Source: an uncultured Thermoanaerobaculia bacterium | Lineage (GTDB): Bacteria > Acidobacteriota > UBA4820 > DSQY01 | Length of the DNA: 64,000 nucleotides | Direction: 5' to 3' | NCBI GenBank assembly: GCA_964507185.1 | Contig: CAZDOY010000013.1 | Coordinates: 6,079-70,078 of the forward strand | Shown here: piece by piece, positions 59,293 to 64,000 of the stretch | Layout: each line of letters opens with the position of its first letter | Position numbering within the stretch: position 1 is the stretch's first letter | Notes under the pieces: model-generated | Database searches by the model: none | What the model saw: only the letters and a program-made list of their open reading frames with translations | Told to the model about the DNA's origin: nothing | Program-made: the position numbers and the translations under genes

Positions 59293-59851
59293 GCGCCGAT
59301 CCCTCCTTATGCTGCAACCTTTGAAGCCCAACAGTGCTTATATAGTTTCCACATAAGACTTATGGACCTCAACATCGCGGCATAAGCCCCCACACCTTAA
59401 ACACGCATAAGTCCTGTGTGCACGCTATGTTAACGCCGCGCCGCCATTCGATCAAGGGTGATACGTGGTTTCTAGATAGGGTACCCGCGATCCTCCGCCT
59501 GGTGCCCATCCAATGCGCTCCCAAGCCCCGGCTTACACAGCTTTAGTCTATTGATCCGCACTTCGGGGACATTGCATTTTGTGGTCATGCTGGATGCTCC
59601 CGGCTCTTGAATTCACTAACTCTCGAATCTAAAGCGTATTGATGACGCAGGTCTCCTTTGTCCCCTCTCCGCCTGTATCACTCATTTCGGGGTAGGACAC
59701 TAACCTAAACCCGAGCCCACTCAAGAGGCTTGACTTGAGAGGAGCACTGCCCGCCCTGATGAGTCGTAGCGTCAAGCCGTAAATAATCCGGGCGCTCGCC
59801 CTGCAGCCCAAAGGTTCGGTCACCGGGGTGAGGTTACCAGCGTCCAGCGCA

Positions 59852-60589
59852 CTAAAAGGTTACCTTGCGCTTGTTCCCTTTATTTGTCTTTCGGCCAAAA
59901 GGACAAACCTTAATGCAAATGCCACAAATGGATTCACCAATTTCGGGCAGAGCTGCATATTCGATCGTAAGTTTCTCCACACATCGAGAAAAATGTAAGG
60001 CTTCATCCCTGTCCCTGTAGTGATCAACTGTACTTACACCCTTAATTGCGTGCGCAGGGCAAGAGTCCCTGCATAGCATACAAGTGCCACACCGGTTCTT
60101 TACAGGAGCATCAGCCATCAGCGGCGCCTCTGTGAGGACAGTGACGAGACGTACTCTCGGCCCGAATTGAGGTGTAATAAGGAGGAGATTTTTCCCTTGC
60201 CACCCCAATCCAGCCATACGTGCCACAGCTTTGTGGCTGATTGCTGCATACCAATTCTCATGGTCAAGAACCTGGGATGCAGGGATGGGAAGGCTACCAT
60301 AACCTTCTTTTTGAAACGCTAAAGCGATCTTATATGCGAGTCTATCCAAAATTAGATTAGCGGTTTTGTATGCTGAAAGGTAATTTGGTGTGGGTCTGTC
60401 CGAAATTGCTTCAAAGACCGATATAGGTAGCTGAATGGCAATGGAAACGGCCCGGACAAAACCTTGCAATAAATCGGGCGGATTCACTCTCAGGTGATTC
60501 AAAGGCCCTGTATCTGCAACACCGACCAAATCGGCACCCCAGTCGAGTATTTCTGCTTTGATTCGGTTTGTATCTTCTTGCGATATCAA
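59852..60589 (-). CDS. 4Fe-4S di-cluster protein, epoxyqueuosine reductase (QueG)-like
   Basis: CGTCMLCRDSCP and CGICIKVCP ferredoxin motifs following a DUF1730-like N-terminal region. GC content is low (about 43-45%). Confidence 0.5.
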   Translation of the reverse strand: MISQEDTNRIKAEILDWGADLVGVADTGPLNHLRVNPPDLLQGFVRAVSIAIQLPISVFEAISDRPTPNYLSAYKTANLILDRLAYKIALAFQKEGYGSLPIPASQVLDHENWYAAISHKAVARMAGLGWQGKNLLLITPQFGPRVRLVTVLTEAPLMADAPVKNRCGTCMLCRDSCPAHAIKGVSTVDHYRDRDEALHFSRCVEKLTIEYAALPEIGESICGICIKVCPFGRKTNKGNKRKVTF

Positions 60590-61031
60590 CTGATGGTTTC
60601 CTTATTTCTCTTCGGATGGGATAAGTAAAATAACGCTTTGCCGTTAAGCTGCGAGCGGCCGTCTGCGGCTGACCGACAGCTTCAACGGCATGTTGGGCGG
60701 CCCGCCCCCGATAGGTCCAGTCCTAATGGTCGTATATTACCCCCTCGCCTGCCCGCCCGGCAAGGAGTCCCGCCTTTCCCGCTTTCTTCAGGCCAGGACA
60801 GGCGGGCGTTCGCCCGGCAAGGCCAGGCTTGCGCACGCACATTGCTGTTTTTCGTTACAAATGCCGTGCTGCAGGGGCGAACCTTTCACGCAATGATGCA
60901 TGGGTAAAGAGATGCGAAAAAGACGACGCTGGAATGTCTCCGCGCCGCTCTTCCTGTCGGTTGCCCTTGTGGCAATCCGTGATCGGGCTTAGACTGCGGA
61001 CAGAATAAAGAACAGGCCTCTCAGGGCCTTC

Positions 61032-63524
61032 TTGTTGGAGCGGGCCATGAATGCACGTTCGACGGGCGCTTCCGACTTCGGGATCGAAGCGCAAGCGGGC
61101 GGATTGAATATCCTCGGCAAGGTGCTCCTCCTGGCGTGCATCTACTTCACGGCCGCGTGGATTGGGCTCCTGCTCGCCAAGCCGGGAACCAACGCCACGG
61201 CCGTATGGCTTCCGACGGGCATCGCCATCGCCGCCGTTTTCCACTGGGGCGCAAAGGTCTGGCCGGGCATATTTATCGGTTCCATGGCGGTCAACATGTG
61301 GATGTTGCACGGGATCGGCCTGTCGGCCTATGGCTCATTGGGAGCAGGACTGGCTGCGGCCGCGGGAAACAGCGCCGAGGCGGTCCTCGCAGTGCTCCTC
61401 GTCACGAGGCTGACCGGAAGCAGGAATCCCTTCGGACGGTTGGCCGACATGGTCTACTTCATCTTTCTGGCTGCGCTTTTGAGCACGGGCCTGAGCGCAC
61501 TGATCGGTGTGTCGAGCCTGTGCCTGTTCAAAGGCTCGTGGGAGGGCTTCTGGGAAGCTGCTCTGACGTGGTGGCTTGGCGATGCGACTGGCGCGCTTCT
61601 GGTCACGCCAATCGTGATGGGGCTTGTCCACGCGGGTCGCAAACCGAGACCATCAAGGATGGGCGTGGAATTCGTTCTTTTCGCGGCCGCCACCTCGGCG
61701 CTCTGGTACTTGTGTTTCTTCAAGATTCCGACGCTCGCCGTGGTCCTCATCCCCTGGATCGCCCTGGTAGCCATCCGGCTCGATACTACATACTCATCCG
61801 GCATTATCCTGCTCCTGGCCGTCTTATCCACGATGGGGGCGGTAAGAGGCGTGACCCCGTTCGTGGCGAAGGAGTTCAACCGGTCTCTCCTCCTTCAGCA
61901 GGGGTTCATCGGGTGCGTGGCCGTCGCGGCGCTGCTCCTGAGTTCCGCGGTCTGGGAAATGACCAGAGAGAAGCAGCGGCTTCAGCGCGCATACAGATTT
62001 GAACACGACCTGTTCGAGCACAGCGCGATGGGACTGGCCCTGAGTACTCCGGATGGGCGGATGGTCGATGTGAACCCGGCCTACGCATCATTGCTGGGAC
62101 GGACCGTCAGCCAGACTCTCTCTCTGACCAATTGGGACATAACGCCGGAGGAGTACGAAGAAGACGATAAAATCCAGCTCGCGAAGCTGGAGCACTCCGG
62201 CCGGTACGGACCATACGAGAAGGAATACATCAGAAAGGACGGAACGCGCATTCCGGTGCGCCTTTCCGGAATGCGCGTGCAACGCGGAGGAAGAACACTC
62301 ATTTGGTCCAGCGCCGAGGACATCTCCGACCGTGTACGCGCCGAAGAAGCCTTGAGGCAGAGCGAGCGCAAGTACCGCGAACTCGTTGAGAACGCCAACA
62401 GTATTATCTTGAGGTGGACGCGCGACGGAAAAATAACGTTTGTGAACGAGTTCGGCCAGCGCTTCTTCGGGTACTCGGAAGAGGAAATTTCGGGACTCCA
62501 CGTGGTAGGAACGATCGTACCGGAAACGGAGAGCACGGGGCGCGATCTCCGCCCCCTCATGGACGAGATATGCGCCGACCCGGACAAGTTCGAACACAGC
62601 GTCAATCAGAACGTCTGCCGCGACGGACGCCTGGCGTGGATCGCATGGACAAACAAGGTGGTCCTGGACGAACAGCGGCAGGTCTATGAAATTCTGAGTA
62701 TCGGCTCTGATATCTCGAAACAGAAGAAGGCCGAGGAGGAACTCGCCGCGTACCGGTCCCACCTGGAGGACATCGTCAGAATAAGGACCGCAGAGCTGGC
62801 GGAGGCCAAGGATCGGGCGGAATCGGCGGACCGCATCAAGTCCGCTTTTCTGGCCACCATGTCGCACGAATTGCGCACTCCGCTGAACTCTATTATCGGC
62901 TTTACGGGCATCCTGCTGCAGGGGATCGTAGGGCGGCTTAACGAAGAGCAGAAGAAGCAGCTCAACATGGTGCGGAACAGCTCCCTTCACCTCCTCAACC
63001 TCATCAACGACGTTCTTGACATATCCAAAATAGAAGCCGGACAGCTGGAGATTGCGTCCGAACCCTTCGACCTGCCCGAAGTCATAGGCAAGGTCATCGA
63101 TACCGTACTTCCCCAGGTGGAAAAGAAGGGCTTGTCCATCAACGCAGACGTGGCGCCCGAAGTGACCGTGGTCACCAGCGACCGGCGGCGGGTTGAACAA
63201 ATCCTCCTGAACCTGCTGAGCAACGCCATCAAGTTCACCGACGAGGGCGGCATCAGCGTGGCGTGCTCGAGCGACGACGACCGCGTCACCATCCGCGTAA
63301 CAGACACGGGGATAGGCATCAAAGAGGAAGACATGGACAGGCTGTTCACACCCTTCCGTCAAATTGATACGGGACTCACCCGGAAATACGAAGGAACGGG
63401 GCTGGGGTTGTCCATCTGCAAGCGGCTGGCGACAATGTTGGGCGGTTCGATGAGCGTGAAAAGCACGTTGGGCAGAGGCTCCACCTTTTCCTTCGCGTTC
63501 AGAGCCGAGAAGGGGGCGACATGA
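61032..63524 (+). CDS. Sensor histidine kinase: N-terminal MASE1-like membrane domain, two PAS domains, HisKA and HATPase_c
   Basis: An 8-TM N-terminus. PAS segments (EHSAMGLALSTPDGR..., ANSIILRWTRDGKITFVNE...). H-box MSHELRTPLN. N/G boxes LLNLLSNAIKFT, DTGIGI and GTGLGL. Confidence 0.85.
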   Translation: MLERAMNARSTGASDFGIEAQAGGLNILGKVLLLACIYFTAAWIGLLLAKPGTNATAVWLPTGIAIAAVFHWGAKVWPGIFIGSMAVNMWMLHGIGLSAYGSLGAGLAAAAGNSAEAVLAVLLVTRLTGSRNPFGRLADMVYFIFLAALLSTGLSALIGVSSLCLFKGSWEGFWEAALTWWLGDATGALLVTPIVMGLVHAGRKPRPSRMGVEFVLFAAATSALWYLCFFKIPTLAVVLIPWIALVAIRLDTTYSSGIILLLAVLSTMGAVRGVTPFVAKEFNRSLLLQQGFIGCVAVAALLLSSAVWEMTREKQRLQRAYRFEHDLFEHSAMGLALSTPDGRMVDVNPAYASLLGRTVSQTLSLTNWDITPEEYEEDDKIQLAKLEHSGRYGPYEKEYIRKDGTRIPVRLSGMRVQRGGRTLIWSSAEDISDRVRAEEALRQSERKYRELVENANSIILRWTRDGKITFVNEFGQRFFGYSEEEISGLHVVGTIVPETESTGRDLRPLMDEICADPDKFEHSVNQNVCRDGRLAWIAWTNKVVLDEQRQVYEILSIGSDISKQKKAEEELAAYRSHLEDIVRIRTAELAEAKDRAESADRIKSAFLATMSHELRTPLNSIIGFTGILLQGIVGRLNEEQKKQLNMVRNSSLHLLNLINDVLDISKIEAGQLEIASEPFDLPEVIGKVIDTVLPQVEKKGLSINADVAPEVTVVTSDRRRVEQILLNLLSNAIKFTDEGGISVACSSDDDRVTIRVTDTGIGIKEEDMDRLFTPFRQIDTGLTRKYEGTGLGLSICKRLATMLGGSMSVKSTLGRGSTFSFAFRAEKGAT

Positions 63525-63913
63525 GAGCGGCCATTCTCTATATAGAAGACAACGAGCAGAACCTCTATCTGATCACATTCCTTCTGAAGGCCAAGGGCTA
63601 CACCGTGTTCCAGGCACGGGACGGGTTGGAGGGCGTCGAGATGGCGGCTCGCCACAAGCCGGACCTCATACTCCTGGACATCCAACTGCCTGGAATGGAC
63701 GGCTACACGGTCGCCAGAAACCTGAGGCAGCGGCCTGAAATCTCGCGTACGCCGATTCTGGCGATCACGTCGTACGCGATGACGGGCGACAGAGAAAAAG
63801 CGCTGGAAGCTGGTTGTTCCGGTTACATCGAGAAGCCCATCGATCCCGATACCTTCGTCGCACAGGTCGAGAAGCACCTCTCGAATGCCATGCCCCCGGG
63901 AGGCAGAAAATGA
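63521..63913 (+). CDS. Single-domain CheY-like response regulator
   Basis: ILYIEDNE...DLILLDIQLPGMDG...ITSYA...KPI. It has a 4-nt overlap with the kinase gene. Confidence 0.85.
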   Translation: MRAAILYIEDNEQNLYLITFLLKAKGYTVFQARDGLEGVEMAARHKPDLILLDIQLPGMDGYTVARNLRQRPEISRTPILAITSYAMTGDREKALEAGCSGYIEKPIDPDTFVAQVEKHLSNAMPPGGRK

Positions 63914-64000
63914 CAAGAGTGCTGATCGTCGACGACCAGAAGGAAAACCGCTATATGCTGGATGTCGTACTGGCAGGCCGAGGGTACGAGGTCGTAACCG
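63910..64000 (+). CDS. Response regulator receiver protein, N-terminal fragment; it continues beyond the window
   Basis: MTRVLIVDDQKENRYMLDVVLAGRGYEVVT. It has a 4-nt overlap with the preceding regulator gene. Confidence 0.6.
   Translation, partial: MTRVLIVDDQKENRYMLDVVLAGRGYEVVT

Noticed and set aside
59738-59790. CUGAUGAG motif suggestive of a hammerhead ribozyme core
   Set aside because: There is no adjacent stem II hairpin or GAAA element, and no UH cleavage-site strand could be paired. It is probably a chance occurrence.
60638-60907. 89-aa ORF in the GC-rich leader before the histidine kinase
   Set aside because: It is R/P/A-rich and low-complexity with no start context. It is more likely a non-coding regulatory region.
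62088-63362. 424-aa antisense ORF opposite the histidine kinase
   Set aside because: It has no motifs. The sense strand encodes a complete HisKA/HATPase with H, N and G boxes.

Overview
This is a high-GC (about 65%) bacterial chromosomal window, densely coding. The gene content looks anaerobic and Deltaproteobacteria/Desulfobacterota-like: PFOR, radical SAM, CheW/REC modules and a MASE1-PAS histidine kinase. Most of the window is housekeeping and contains clear conserved operons:
- a copper module: partial P1B Cu-ATPase, dihaem cytochrome c, a secreted Cys/His protein and a TRASH mini-protein;
- an Asd-like protein with pssA and psd;
- yceD-rpmF-plsX-fabH-fabD-fabG followed by a convergent tRNA-Leu(CAA);
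- a long minus-strand run of valS, a small membrane protein, add, LRV-RodZ-LRV, DnaJ/TPR and PP2C;
- a CheW-CheW-REC chemosensory-like operon with an unusual response regulator;
- PFOR with a DHOD-like protein, pepT and def-fmt-rsmB;
- agmatinase with a GT2;
- cNMP-PBP1A-radical SAM-ExbD-TonB;
- three transporters flanked by inverted repeats;
- a MATE transporter, a GapN-like ALDH and alpha-glucan phosphorylase;
- a low-GC (about 45%) 2.6 kb island with two genes and unexplained non-coding DNA;
- a MASE1-PAS histidine kinase followed by two CheY-like regulators.

I found no CRISPR array, transposase, integrase or recognisable defence system. The most unusual items are domain-architecture and gene-coupling oddities rather than a clearly delimited novel system. 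Many long antisense ORFs in the track are GC-rich artefacts.
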